Assembly (NCBI GenBank): GCA_028820845.1
Contig: JAPPII010000119.1
Location: 1,228-65,227, forward strand
Direction of reading: 5' to 3'
Source of the DNA: Candidatus Poribacteria bacterium
GTDB lineage: Bacteria > Poribacteria > WGA-4E > WGA-3G
Length of the DNA: 64,000 bases
The notes beneath the pieces were generated by a model that did no database searches, was not told the DNA's origin, and saw only the letters and a program-made list of their open reading frames with translations. Below are positions 18,353 to 27,300 of this stretch, one piece after another. Within the stretch, counting starts at the first letter, position 1. Every line of letters begins with the position of its first letter. Position numbers and translations under genes: made by a program.

Positions 18353-19459
18353 TTAGAGCCTCGGTGGATAGCAACAAATTATTTCCATCGGTGTATCGCC
18401 AGTGCTAACAATGACATAACTCGACAAGCACCGCGGAATAAAGACGGATTTGCCCCGTTTGAGCGGGACATCTTCAAAGTCCCCGCGAAGCACACCTTCA
18501 CCCCCCAAGGTCACAAGTGCATAGAAGCCTTCGCCTGCTGGCATACTCAGCGTCGAATTCACCGTCAGACGTGAGCACCCGAAGAATTGCAGTGCCTCCT
18601 CTGGCACAATCCGATCCTCGCGGTTATCACCCTCTGCCCGAACGAGTTCCGGCGTACGTCGGATGTAGTTGTTCAGATAGTCGAGCTCCAATTTATCAAA
18701 CTCAGCGGCATCGACTGCCAGATCCCATCCGAGACCGAGGTGTCCATCGTCTCTTTCAAACGGGAAACCTTCCCATTCAGCGAGGATGTTCCAGTCGGTA
18801 GGTTCCTGAGGTTCAAGGACGCAGAGTCCTGTACCGAGTGAGTGGACAATCGGTGTGCGTAAAAAATAGACTTCTCCGACTTTCGGTTCAACGACGTGCA
18901 TGAGACTCCGCAGCGTTGGGACATCTTGTGCCTCCATCAGGCGACGGAACTCTGCCTTGTCTATCGCTTCTTTCCAACCGATCCACGCTTTTGCGCCTGG
19001 ACGCGTGCCGATTAAAATCCATGCCTCATTTTTGCCGAAAGGTGAATTCAGATGCTCCTTTGAAAAATCGGGGTTCGGGTGCCAGTGGATCGGGATATGC
19101 GCGCCTTCACCGACATCAAAAATTTTGAGAAGTACACCGAGATCTGTGCCGTATTTGGCGACATGCGAACTGCCAAGCGCCTCCTCTGGAAACGCGTCCA
19201 ACAATGCTTTCAATAACACGACTTCACCACTGGGAAGTTCGATACGGCTGAAGCCCTTGTCGGGCGGGTTTTCCCTACCCGGGGTCTCTGCCCGGTTCGT
19301 GGAGAAGATCCATTCCTCGGAGTAGTAGTCATCTTTGGGGTCGGGTTCGCCCATAAACTCGGCGCGGAGTTTCCCACCGTTATAGAAATGGAGGTAGGTA
19401 TTGGGTGCTAAAGCGATGGGAGCGTTTAGCATTGACTGTAGTTCGTTTTGTGATGCCAT
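18353..19459 (-). CDS. Class I mannose-6-phosphate isomerase-like cupin
   Basis: LLKIFDVGEGAHIPIHWHP and KNEAWIL resemble PMI type I zinc-site motifs. ATG 19459 (MASQNEL) follows SD-like AAAGGAAAC. Confidence 0.7.
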   Translation of the reverse strand: MASQNELQSMLNAPIALAPNTYLHFYNGGKLRAEFMGEPDPKDDYYSEEWIFSTNRAETPGRENPPDKGFSRIELPSGEVVLLKALLDAFPEEALGSSHVAKYGTDLGVLLKIFDVGEGAHIPIHWHPNPDFSKEHLNSPFGKNEAWILIGTRPGAKAWIGWKEAIDKAEFRRLMEAQDVPTLRSLMHVVEPKVGEVYFLRTPIVHSLGTGLCVLEPQEPTDWNILAEWEGFPFERDDGHLGLGWDLAVDAAEFDKLELDYLNNYIRRTPELVRAEGDNREDRIVPEEALQFFGCSRLTVNSTLSMPAGEGFYALVTLGGEGVLRGDFEDVPLKRGKSVFIPRCLSSYVIVSTGDTPMEIICCYPPRL

Positions 19460-19521
19460 GTTGTTTCCTTTCTCTATCTTTAAAAAACTCAAGGCGTAAA
19501 GGTTTCCCTTGTTTGAAAGTC

Positions 19522-19550
19522 AATTTATCATTTTAGACAGGTTTTGTCAA
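19522..19550 (-). promoter_or_regulatory. Putative promoter of the isomerase gene
   Basis: Minus strand reads TTGACA-17 nt-TAAATT. Confidence 0.45.
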
Positions 19551-19556
19551 GTCAAT

Positions 19557-19587
19557 TTCATAGTGATTCATAGTGATTCATAGTAAC
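19557..19587. repeat. Tandem 10-mer TTCATAGTGA x2.8
   Basis: TTCATAGTGA TTCATAGTGA TTCATAGTAAC. Its reverse complement GTTACTATGAA recurs at 19675-19685 and 19775-19785. Confidence 0.85.
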
Positions 19588-19632
19588 GGTCTGGAAACTG
19601 TGCGATGGGAACTGCCCGGAGGTTAGACGGGC

Positions 19633-19785
19633 CGTGGGTTGAGAGGACTTTTGCGGCTCTGGTGTTTTTTCGCTGTTACTATGAATCGTGATTTTGAGGC
19701 GATTAAAAAACCTCGTGAAAACCCAGTTGTGGCGTGGGTTGAGAGGGCTTTTGCGTTTGTCTGCTTTGGGGTGGGTTACTATGAA
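19633..19785. repeat. Two 53-bp related units exactly 100 bp apart (iteron-like)
   Basis: CGTGGGTTGAGAGGRCTTTTGCG - 18 variable nt - GTTACTATGAA at 19633-19685 and 19733-19785. Confidence 0.8.
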
Positions 19786-19812
19786 AATAACATACCAATG
19801 AAAATAACATAC
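19781..19812. repeat. Direct 15-mer ATGAAAATAACATAC x2
   Basis: Copies at 19781-19795 and 19798-19812, separated by CA. Confidence 0.85.
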
Positions 19813-19907
19813 TTATAAATTATTTTATACAAAGTGTGAATAATTAAGGAACATCCAACCCGAATTTTTAGATGTTTGATGCGATTAGATGTATCAACAT
19901 CCGTTAG

Positions 19908-20279
19908 TTACAAAATCCACGACTGCATACGATCTGCAATTACTTCAATATCGGTTATAGTTCCATCGGCAATCTTGAAGCCGAGATCAATAATGGAGTC
20001 ATCAATGTCTGCCCGACGGAAATAACCGTTCAATTCTAAAAACTGGAACGCACACGTTAGACCGATACGTTTGTTCCCATCGAAAAATATATGTCCTGTA
20101 ATGATATGGTGGGCATACACGGCAGCTTTTTGAAATACAGTTGGAAACAGGTCGATGTTACCAAATTTCTCACCCACTATGTCCACCAAATAATGTAACT
20201 GATTTTCATTTAGCAGCTGATAGTCACCCACATGCCCCACGGCAATGATTAGAATATCTTCAATTGTCAAATATTTCAT
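19908..20279 (-). CDS. doc: Doc (death-on-curing) family Fic-fold toxin
   Basis: HIITGHIFFDGNKRIG matches the Doc motif HxFx(D/N)GNKR. ATG 20279 overlaps the upstream TGA (ATGA at 20276-20279). Confidence 0.85.
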   Translation of the reverse strand: MKYLTIEDILIIAVGHVGDYQLLNENQLHYLVDIVGEKFGNIDLFPTVFQKAAVYAHHIITGHIFFDGNKRIGLTCAFQFLELNGYFRRADIDDSIIDLGFKIADGTITDIEVIADRMQSWIL

Positions 20280-20671
20280 GCGCTGCCGAGGACTTTCCAC
20301 GCGCGATCGTGGTCTTGTAGTATCTTGTCTAAGGTGGTGAGGGCATCACTCCCCAAATTTCTGGCGGTCCCCAGATCTGCTTTGGCTTTGTCGCGCTCCC
20401 CGAGGCGTAACCACGCACCACCTCGATAGTAGTACGCCTCAGCGAAATCGGGCTTAAGTTCTATCGCCTTGGTATAGTCTGCAATCGCAAGTTCAACTTC
20501 GCCTTTTTTGGCGTAAGCAAGGCCGCGTTGGTAATATGCCTCGGCAAACTTTGGGTTTAGTTCTATCGCTTGGGTGAAATCTTCAATAGCGCAGTCATAA
20601 TCTCCGCTTTCGGTGTAGGCAACGCCGCGCTTGTAATATTTATTAGCAAATTCTTGATTCGGTTTTTGCAT
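20276..20671 (-). CDS. Small TPR protein (2 TPR + capping helix) in the antitoxin position upstream of doc
   Basis: YYKRGVAYTESGDYDCAIEDFTQAIELNPKFAE, AYYQRGLAYAKKGEVELAIADYTKAIELKPDFAE, cap AYYYRGGAWLRLGERDKAKADL. SD GGAGGAG before ATG 20671. Confidence 0.85.
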   Translation of the reverse strand: MQKPNQEFANKYYKRGVAYTESGDYDCAIEDFTQAIELNPKFAEAYYQRGLAYAKKGEVELAIADYTKAIELKPDFAEAYYYRGGAWLRLGERDKAKADLGTARNLGSDALTTLDKILQDHDRAWKVLGSA

Positions 20672-20715
20672 GATTTTTCTCCTCCATAAGTCAATTTTGC
20701 CTATAAGCACACCCG

Positions 20716-21207
20716 CTAATCCATCTCATCTGCTTCTTGTAGCGCGTAATTGATGAGCGATTCACTCAGATGCATCCCGTTAGCCCGCAACCGAATTAAA
20801 AGCGGTTTGATGACCTCAATCAAACCTTCTTCTTTCGCCTCCAGCAAGATGCCTACTGTTCCTTTAGTCATTAATCCGATTTCTTTCGCCTCCCGTCTTC
20901 CGTCACTGTCATCAATAAGAACGAGGCGTGCATCATGTTCGTTGGCAAGAGCTAAGGCATGGGCTTCACCGTCATCAAGTCCCGCATAAACCGCAGCGGC
21001 TTGCGGATCCGTTAAATCAACAGTTTTAATCCAAGGGGCATTTTCGAGGGCTTTCCGGCGGATTATTGGATCCCTTTTGAGAAACTCTTTTTCAACTTTT
21101 CGTGGAATCCATACCTCTGTATAAAGATCTCTCAATAGAGAAAGCAGGTTGATCCCCAAGAGTCCCACAAGCGGACTGTTATTGCTAATAACTGGTTGTA
21201 TCGGCAT
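20716..21207 (-). CDS. DUF3368-type PIN-like nuclease toxin
   Basis: SNNSPLVGLLGINLLSLL, LDDGEAHALALA, LVLIDDSDGRREAKEIGLMTKGTVGILLEAKEEGLI match the DUF3368 pattern as I recall it. The start lies 2 nt after the upstream stop. Confidence 0.8.
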   Translation of the reverse strand: MPIQPVISNNSPLVGLLGINLLSLLRDLYTEVWIPRKVEKEFLKRDPIIRRKALENAPWIKTVDLTDPQAAAVYAGLDDGEAHALALANEHDARLVLIDDSDGRREAKEIGLMTKGTVGILLEAKEEGLIEVIKPLLIRLRANGMHLSESLINYALQEADEMD

Positions 21208-21209
21208 TC

Positions 21210-24089
21210 TTAAAATCCGCTATTGACAAGCTCCTCCTCATCAACATAAAAAGGAGAGAGTCCATAATCCCCCATTAGATACCAGAATTCTTCGCGTGAT
21301 ACCCCTGCAAGCTTCGAGGCAAGCCCACTGCTAAGTTCACCGCTCCCGTAGTACTTCATTCCTAACGCGATCCGCGCTTCCTGATCAATCTCAAATGGTC
21401 CTGTTAGCGGGGTCAGCAGTGTCACAATTTCTTTTGGTAACTGAACCTCTATCTTTTGCTCAAAGGCAGCAATGCTCTCATGGTTGCTCCGAAATGCTGC
21501 GGCGACATCTACGTCTTGTAGGAGTGCAGCTGTCAGGTCCGTCTTCGCTTCTTCCCAACCTTTCGCAAGCAACCAAGCCTCGCCCCGTATATAATAGAAT
21601 TCAGCAATTTTTGGTCTGAGTTTTAGTGCCCCGGTATAATCCTCAATCGCACTGTCTAACTCGGCTTTGGCGCGGTAGGCGTTGCCCCGATGCGTGTATG
21701 CCTCCACAAGTTCTGAATTGATCTCTATGGCTTTGTCATAATCTGTTATCGCCTTGTCCAATTCGTTTTTGTTGTAGTAAGCCTGACCCCGATTGAGGTA
21801 TGCCTCGGCAAATTCTGGATTCAATTCTATTGCTTTGCTATGATCTCCGATCGCCTTGTCTATCTCGCCTTGCTGATTGTAGATGAGACCGCGGCAGGTA
21901 TAAGGCTCAGCAAGTTCTGGGTTAAGTTGTATAGCTTTGTCATAATCTTCAATCGCCTTGTCTATCTCGCCTTTATCACGGTAAGCCTTACCGCGCGCCG
22001 TATAAGCCTCTGCAAACTTTGGCTCCTGTGCGATCGCAGCGTTATAGTCCTCAATTGCCTTGTCTACCTCACCTTTGCAATGGTAGGTTATACCGCGCTC
22101 GGTATAGGCATAGGCAGCTGCTTCCGGTTTAAGACTTATTGCCGTGCTAAAGTCTTGGATGGCTTTCTCAAAAACCAAGAGATTGCGGTAAGCCATCCCG
22201 CGGCCATAGTAGGCAAGTGGATCGTCAGGGGTGAGACTTATGACTTTGCCGAAATCATCGACTGCTCGGTAAAACCTGCCCTTGTTGTAGTAGGCTGTAC
22301 CGCGATTGTAATATGCCTGGACAGCATCTGGGTTCAGTGCTATCGCCCTGCGGAAGCTTGCAATAGCAAGATCATAATTACCCTTTTCCTTATAATCAAT
22401 ACCTTGGGCTATATGGATGTAAACATCAGCGGTCTTTAATGAGTGTGGGGTCAACAGTGCTACGATGTCCACTGGCAATTGAACCTGATTTGTTTCTTCA
22501 AAGTTTGCGACGTTTTCATAGTCGTAACAGAACGCGGTAAGAAGATCAACATCCATATTCTTGGCAGTGATGAGATCCACCCTAGCTTTTTCCCATTCTT
22601 TCAGGAGCAACCACGCCTCACCGCGGTTATAGTACGCAATAGTAAATTCTGGATCAAGTCGTATCACCATACTATAATCCTTGATAACTTGATGTATCAA
22701 GCGTTTGCTGCTTTTCCGACAAGCGAAGCCTCGGTTGTAATAACCCTCAACACGCTGGGGATCTATTTCTATTGCAGTGTTAAAGTCTGCAATGGCTTTG
22801 TGAAGTTCGCCTTTTTGGTCATAAGCGTTTCCACGGTTATTATAGGCATCGTAATAACGTGGATTCAGTTCTATCGCCTTGCTATGATCTGCAATCGCTT
22901 TGTTAAAATTCCTTTTACTGCTATAGGCATTACCACGGTTGAAATATGCTTCGGCAGACTCGGGATTCAGTTCTATTGCCTTGTTGTGATCTGCAATCGC
23001 TTTGTTAAAATCTCCCTTATTATAATAAATTATCCCCCGGCTGTTATAGGTCCCAGCAAAATTGGGTTTACATTTTATAGCGGTACTTAAGTCTTCAATA
23101 GCTCTATTAAAATCTCCTTTGCTAAAATAAATAGCACCACGGTTATTATAGGCCTCGGAATTCTTAGGATTTAGTCCTATCGCAGTGTTGAAATCTTCAG
23201 AGGCTAGGTCAAGATATCCAATGCTTAGGTAGGCAGTGCCGCGGTTGTTATAGGCACTAGCATAATCTCGTTTTAGTTGTATTGCCGTATTATAGTCATT
23301 AATCGCCAAATCAAAAGATTTCATGATTTGATAAGCCAATCCACGATTATCATAGGCTTCAGGGAGAGCTGGTTTTAGTTGTATTGCCGTATTATAGTCA
23401 TTAATCGCCAAATCAAAATTCTTTTTTATTCTATAAGCATTACCGCGATTAACATAGGCTTCGGCAAAATGTGAGTTCAGTTCTATTGCCATGTTATAGT
23501 CATTGATAGCCAAATCAACTTTGCCTAACTCGTAGTAGACAAACCCGCGATTGTAATAGGCCACAACATCATTAGGTTTTAGTTGTATTGCTCTATTACA
23601 ATCTTGAATTCCTTGGGTAAAATTGCCCTTACTAAAGTAAGCGAAACCGCGGTTGAGGTAAGTTTCGGTAAGTTGGGAATCTAATTTTAATGCGTTGTCA
23701 AAATCAGCGATAGCAAGGTCATACTCACCTTTTTTCGCGTAAGTAATACCACGGTTGTTATAAGCAGCAAAAAACTTTGAATCTAGGGCTATTGCTCTAA
23801 CATAGTCCTCAATAGCCTTATCATATTCGCCCTTCCTATCATAAGCAACACCGCGATCGTTATAAGCACCAATATGCTTTGGATTCAGTTCTAATGCCTT
23901 GCTAAAATTTTCGATGGCAAGGTCATACTCGCCTCCCTTATTATGAGTAATGCCGAGAGTATTGTAGGTTTCGGCCTCATGAGGAATAATGTCTATAGTT
24001 TTGTTAGAATTTTCAATATTGCTGTTAGGTGCATTTATGTAACCGTAAACAATGTCGGCTGCGGAAAAATCCAGATTCGGTTGTAACAT
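21210..24089 (-). CDS. Giant TPR protein (13+cap and 8+cap repeats) with C-terminal UPF0175 antitoxin-like domain
   Basis: Regular 34-aa A-Y-x-N-R-G...A-I-x-D-Y/F...A-I-x-L-x-P repeats. C-terminal ARIALGMKYYGSGELSSGLASKLAGVSREEFWYLMGDYGLSPFYVDEEEL fits UPF0175. ATG 24089 follows SD GGGGAGGAAG; the TTG at 24182 would include the promoter. Confidence 0.85.
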   Translation of the reverse strand: MLQPNLDFSAADIVYGYINAPNSNIENSNKTIDIIPHEAETYNTLGITHNKGGEYDLAIENFSKALELNPKHIGAYNDRGVAYDRKGEYDKAIEDYVRAIALDSKFFAAYNNRGITYAKKGEYDLAIADFDNALKLDSQLTETYLNRGFAYFSKGNFTQGIQDCNRAIQLKPNDVVAYYNRGFVYYELGKVDLAINDYNMAIELNSHFAEAYVNRGNAYRIKKNFDLAINDYNTAIQLKPALPEAYDNRGLAYQIMKSFDLAINDYNTAIQLKRDYASAYNNRGTAYLSIGYLDLASEDFNTAIGLNPKNSEAYNNRGAIYFSKGDFNRAIEDLSTAIKCKPNFAGTYNSRGIIYYNKGDFNKAIADHNKAIELNPESAEAYFNRGNAYSSKRNFNKAIADHSKAIELNPRYYDAYNNRGNAYDQKGELHKAIADFNTAIEIDPQRVEGYYNRGFACRKSSKRLIHQVIKDYSMVIRLDPEFTIAYYNRGEAWLLLKEWEKARVDLITAKNMDVDLLTAFCYDYENVANFEETNQVQLPVDIVALLTPHSLKTADVYIHIAQGIDYKEKGNYDLAIASFRRAIALNPDAVQAYYNRGTAYYNKGRFYRAVDDFGKVISLTPDDPLAYYGRGMAYRNLLVFEKAIQDFSTAISLKPEAAAYAYTERGITYHCKGEVDKAIEDYNAAIAQEPKFAEAYTARGKAYRDKGEIDKAIEDYDKAIQLNPELAEPYTCRGLIYNQQGEIDKAIGDHSKAIELNPEFAEAYLNRGQAYYNKNELDKAITDYDKAIEINSELVEAYTHRGNAYRAKAELDSAIEDYTGALKLRPKIAEFYYIRGEAWLLAKGWEEAKTDLTAALLQDVDVAAAFRSNHESIAAFEQKIEVQLPKEIVTLLTPLTGPFEIDQEARIALGMKYYGSGELSSGLASKLAGVSREEFWYLMGDYGLSPFYVDEEELVNSGF
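23270..23418. repeat. Identical 47-bp segments 102 bp apart inside the TPR gene
   Basis: GTTTTAGTTGTATTGCCGTATTATAGTCATTAATCGCCAAATCAAAA at 23270-23316 and 23372-23418. The offset equals one 34-codon TPR unit (FDLAINDYNTAIQLK twice). Confidence 0.9.
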
Positions 24090-24127
24090 CGTTCTTCCTC
24101 CCCTACAATACGGATAATTTAAGGGTA

Positions 24128-24157
24128 ATGATAACACATTTGAAGACCTGATGTCAA
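24128..24157 (-). promoter_or_regulatory. Putative promoter of the TPR/toxin operon
   Basis: Minus strand reads TTGACA-18 nt-TATCAT, ~40 nt upstream of ATG 24089. Confidence 0.45.
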
Positions 24158-24214
24158 CCGAATTTGGAGATTTGAAACCCAATTAATTGCATGTGTCACA
24201 TACCGCTCCGAAAT

Positions 24215-24247
24215 CAACGGTATGAATGCCTTATGGCATTCCCCGGG
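24215..24247. repeat. Conserved-flank hairpin, copy 1
   Basis: CAACGGTATGAATGCC TTAT GGCATTCCCCGGG. The partner at 32808-32840 has identical flanks and a different but still complementary stem. Confidence 0.8.
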
Positions 24248-24302
24248 AGCGGAAGATTGGAAACACCATGCAGACTATAGACATAACGCTCCGCTGGAGC
24301 GT

Positions 24303-24348
24303 AATCCGCGAAATCTGCGCAATCCGCGATAATCCGCGATTCAGACAA
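24303..24348. repeat. Nonamer-periodic CGCGGAT repeat
   Basis: Minus strand reads TTGTCTGAATCGCGGATT ATCGCGGAT TGCGCAGAT TTCGCGGATT. Homologous to 57107-57152. Confidence 0.8.
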
Positions 24349-24349
24349 A

Positions 24350-27300
24350 CTATCCTTTCCCCTTCAAACTCCGCGCCTTCCGCAACCGAGATTCTACCAA
24401 ATTAACAACCGCTTCATACACCCCATCCCGTTCACCTTGTGTGAGACCGAGCGCATCGAAAATGATTGTGTCAAGGACGCGACGGTCATCCGAAGGATCA
24501 AGCATTTCCCATGAAGAAGATGTGAATATCGCTGCATCTTCAAATGCAAATATCTTTGGATCTAAACAGAGTAACTCCGACACTTCATAGGTCTGAATCT
24601 TCAGTAAACCGCCACCGAAATTAGAACGTCCTGCCATATTTACCATCAGTTGAAACAGGGACGAATTCAAAGAGGCACACAAGGGCAATATCAAATCCGA
24701 ATCCGTATGTACTTCCTGAAAATTGTCGCTTGTATAGCAACCGTTTCGTGCATATAGCGTTCTTGCGGTTGAAGAAATTAGATAGTTGAAAGCAAGCGAT
24801 GGGATTTCTCGTTTACCTAAATCCCACCACCTTACCCTTGACCTACAACTCGGTTTCTGATGAAATCCCTGTGATTCACCCCATTCAATATAGTCCAACG
24901 CAGCAGTGCCTGCCAATACCGCTCTGTCCGTATGACACATAAATAACTTGAACTGCAACTGACTGGGATCTACGCGGATGCTTTTGCATTCCCGCGGACT
25001 TTTGATGACGGGCTTCAAGAATTCATCTTCGATTCCCCATTCTCGAATCCGTTCAGCGTCAAGATAGAAGAAGTCATTGGCACCTGTTGTGAAGCCACGC
25101 CTTACCTCCGCAATGTCTCCCAGACGCACCAGTTTATCCTTGCCTTTCTCCAGCAGCGTCCAGTAGATGTCTGGGGCGCGTAGATATTTCCCACCCCACT
25201 TGTCACCGGTGTATTTATTCTCACGCGTGCCTGCTTGTGCTAATTCGGTATAGGGGCGCGTTCGCTCTCGTCGGTTCTCTATATCTGGGTCACCTATGAA
25301 CGTCTTGAAGGTCAGAAAACGGATCTGAGAATCAGGATTGGGGATGCCGTTGTGGAGAACACTCACAATCGTGTTGATGTCGGCACTCTCAAACTCACGT
25401 TCTGCTTCGCTGTGACAGATAACGGCACTCTTCGTATTGTCTAAGAGATACTTCTGTAACGGGGCACCGTAGTTGACATCCAACCAGCTGTTGGAACAGA
25501 TAAAGGTATGGATACCCTTTGGACTCAGCAGTTGCAGTCCGCGTTCATAGAAATAGACGTAAAGGTCGGCTGCGCCGGTGTAGCAGGTATAGCGTTTTTT
25601 CAACGTCGGTTTGAGGGACTTAATCTTCTCTTGACGGACGTAAGGCGGATTGCCAATCACGACATCGAACCCGTCTGTAATGCCGAACATCCACTCAGGG
25701 TCAAAGAAGTTGGCGGAGGCGTTTTGGTTGTATGGATCCCACGCCGAAATCTTTTCAGTCGTCTCGCTTGGAAACCCGTCCTGTTGCAGCAATGTGCTAA
25801 TCTCAGCGCGGAGCTCAGCGTCTTGTTTTCTGTACCGGTCTTTCGTGCGCGGGGTGCGGGCGGTGAAGTGTCTACGCCTCACCTCTTCGAGTGCTTTCTC
25901 CTTGCTGTCTATCTCTGGGTTGCGGAGTGTCATCTGCTCGGGTTTCTCCACGTCAAGAAGCGTATTCGCCGCAACGAACTTCGTCTCTAAGTTTGGCAAC
26001 GGACGCACGCCTCGGTTCTCGCGGGTATCGTCAATTTTCTGTTCTACGATAAGGGAGATGAAAAAGCGGAGTTTGGCAATTTGTGTGGCAATGGGTTGGA
26101 TGTCCACGCCGTAGATGCAGTTCTCTATGAGATAGAGTTTTCTGCCGTAGTCGAGTTCGTTGCGTTCAAATGCTTCATTGATGCTGTCGATTTCTCTTTC
26201 CAATTCGCTGATGGCACTCTCACGGAAGGTGCTATCGTCGATTTTCTCTGACGCGGTGATGGCACCTTGGACGCGGTCAATTTGGCGTTGTCGCCATTGT
26301 GCGTTGCGGGGATCAAGTTTGCTGAGTAGGAAGACGAGTTTGTGTAAGATGCCCATCGGGAAGGCACCGGAGCCGCACGCTGGGTCGAGAATCTTGAGGG
26401 TGTCGATGGCACTGATGAGGTGTTCGACTTCGGTAGTGGTGAATTGATGAGGTTCGTCGTTGTATGCGAGGAGGTGACGGAGTTTGGTTTCTGACGGGCA
26501 ATGAATGGTTTCCCTACTACGAACCGTGTTTTTGAAGTAGGCGATGAGGGACTCGTCTACCATGTAGTTGACGACTTCACGGGGAGTGTAGAAAGAGCCG
26601 GTCTGTTTACGCGCAGTTGTGCCGGTTTCTGGGTTGTATGCGGCGAGGAGGTTTTCAAATACCTGCCCGAGGAGTTCGGGGTCAAGAGCGACTTCTTGCT
26701 CTATGGGTGTGTTTTCGGCAATCGTGAACTTGTAGCGGTTGAGGATGTGGATTAAACCTCGCACGGTGTATCGGCTGTTTTTCGTATCATAGACGGCGTT
26801 GAGATTTACTGACTGCGGTTCGGAGAAGAAGAGTTCGTTTGGCACCGAAAGCGGGTTGTCCTCTCTGTCGGAGAAGCCGTCGATTCGTAGAATTGTTTTT
26901 GCGTCGTCTGGATCGGGTTTATCCAAACATTCAAATAAGCCGCCGTTGAGGAACGGGATTGTCTCAAACAGATGCAGCGCTGCGTCCGGGTCTCTGAAAT
27001 AGCGTTTGTAGCGGTAAAGTGAGGTGATGTTGTAGTGCTGTCGTCCCTCGCCTCGGAACTTGCGAGTGTTCGGTTTTTCAGACGTGTTCATCTCCTGATT
27101 TAACGTCGCGAAGAATAGGTTTTGGAGGATTGCCTTGTAGTAGGTGCTTTCCTGTGGATCAACGTTTGCGAGCAGTTCCGAGATGGTGTCCTCCTCAAAG
27201 AGCGCGTTCGGGACGAGTTCCTTCCCCTTGAGAAACCAGACGAAGATCAGCCGTGTAATCAGGCGGATGACACACGTGGCATTGTGGACGGTGAGGTGAG

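Noticed and set aside
18245-18574. 109-aa plus-strand ORF spanning the 3' end of the isomerase gene
   Set aside because: It overlaps the well-supported minus-strand cupin gene and a non-coding spacer. It has a TTG start without an SD.
21840-23090. Two long plus-strand ORFs (21840-22439, 22443-23090) inside the TPR gene
   Set aside because: They are antisense shadows of a highly repetitive gene. The products are low-complexity and hydrophobic, lack SD motifs, and the minus-strand frame has an unmistakable 34-aa TPR periodicity.
24090-24182. Upstream extension of the giant TPR ORF to the TTG at 24182
   Set aside because: The extension would include the putative promoter and the strong SD GGGGAGGAAG that precedes ATG 24089. 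The extra 31 aa have no TPR character.
25508-26114. Plus-strand ORFs of 154-160 aa within the R-M gene
   Set aside because: They are antisense to a frame carrying canonical methyltransferase motifs. No start context or family resemblance.
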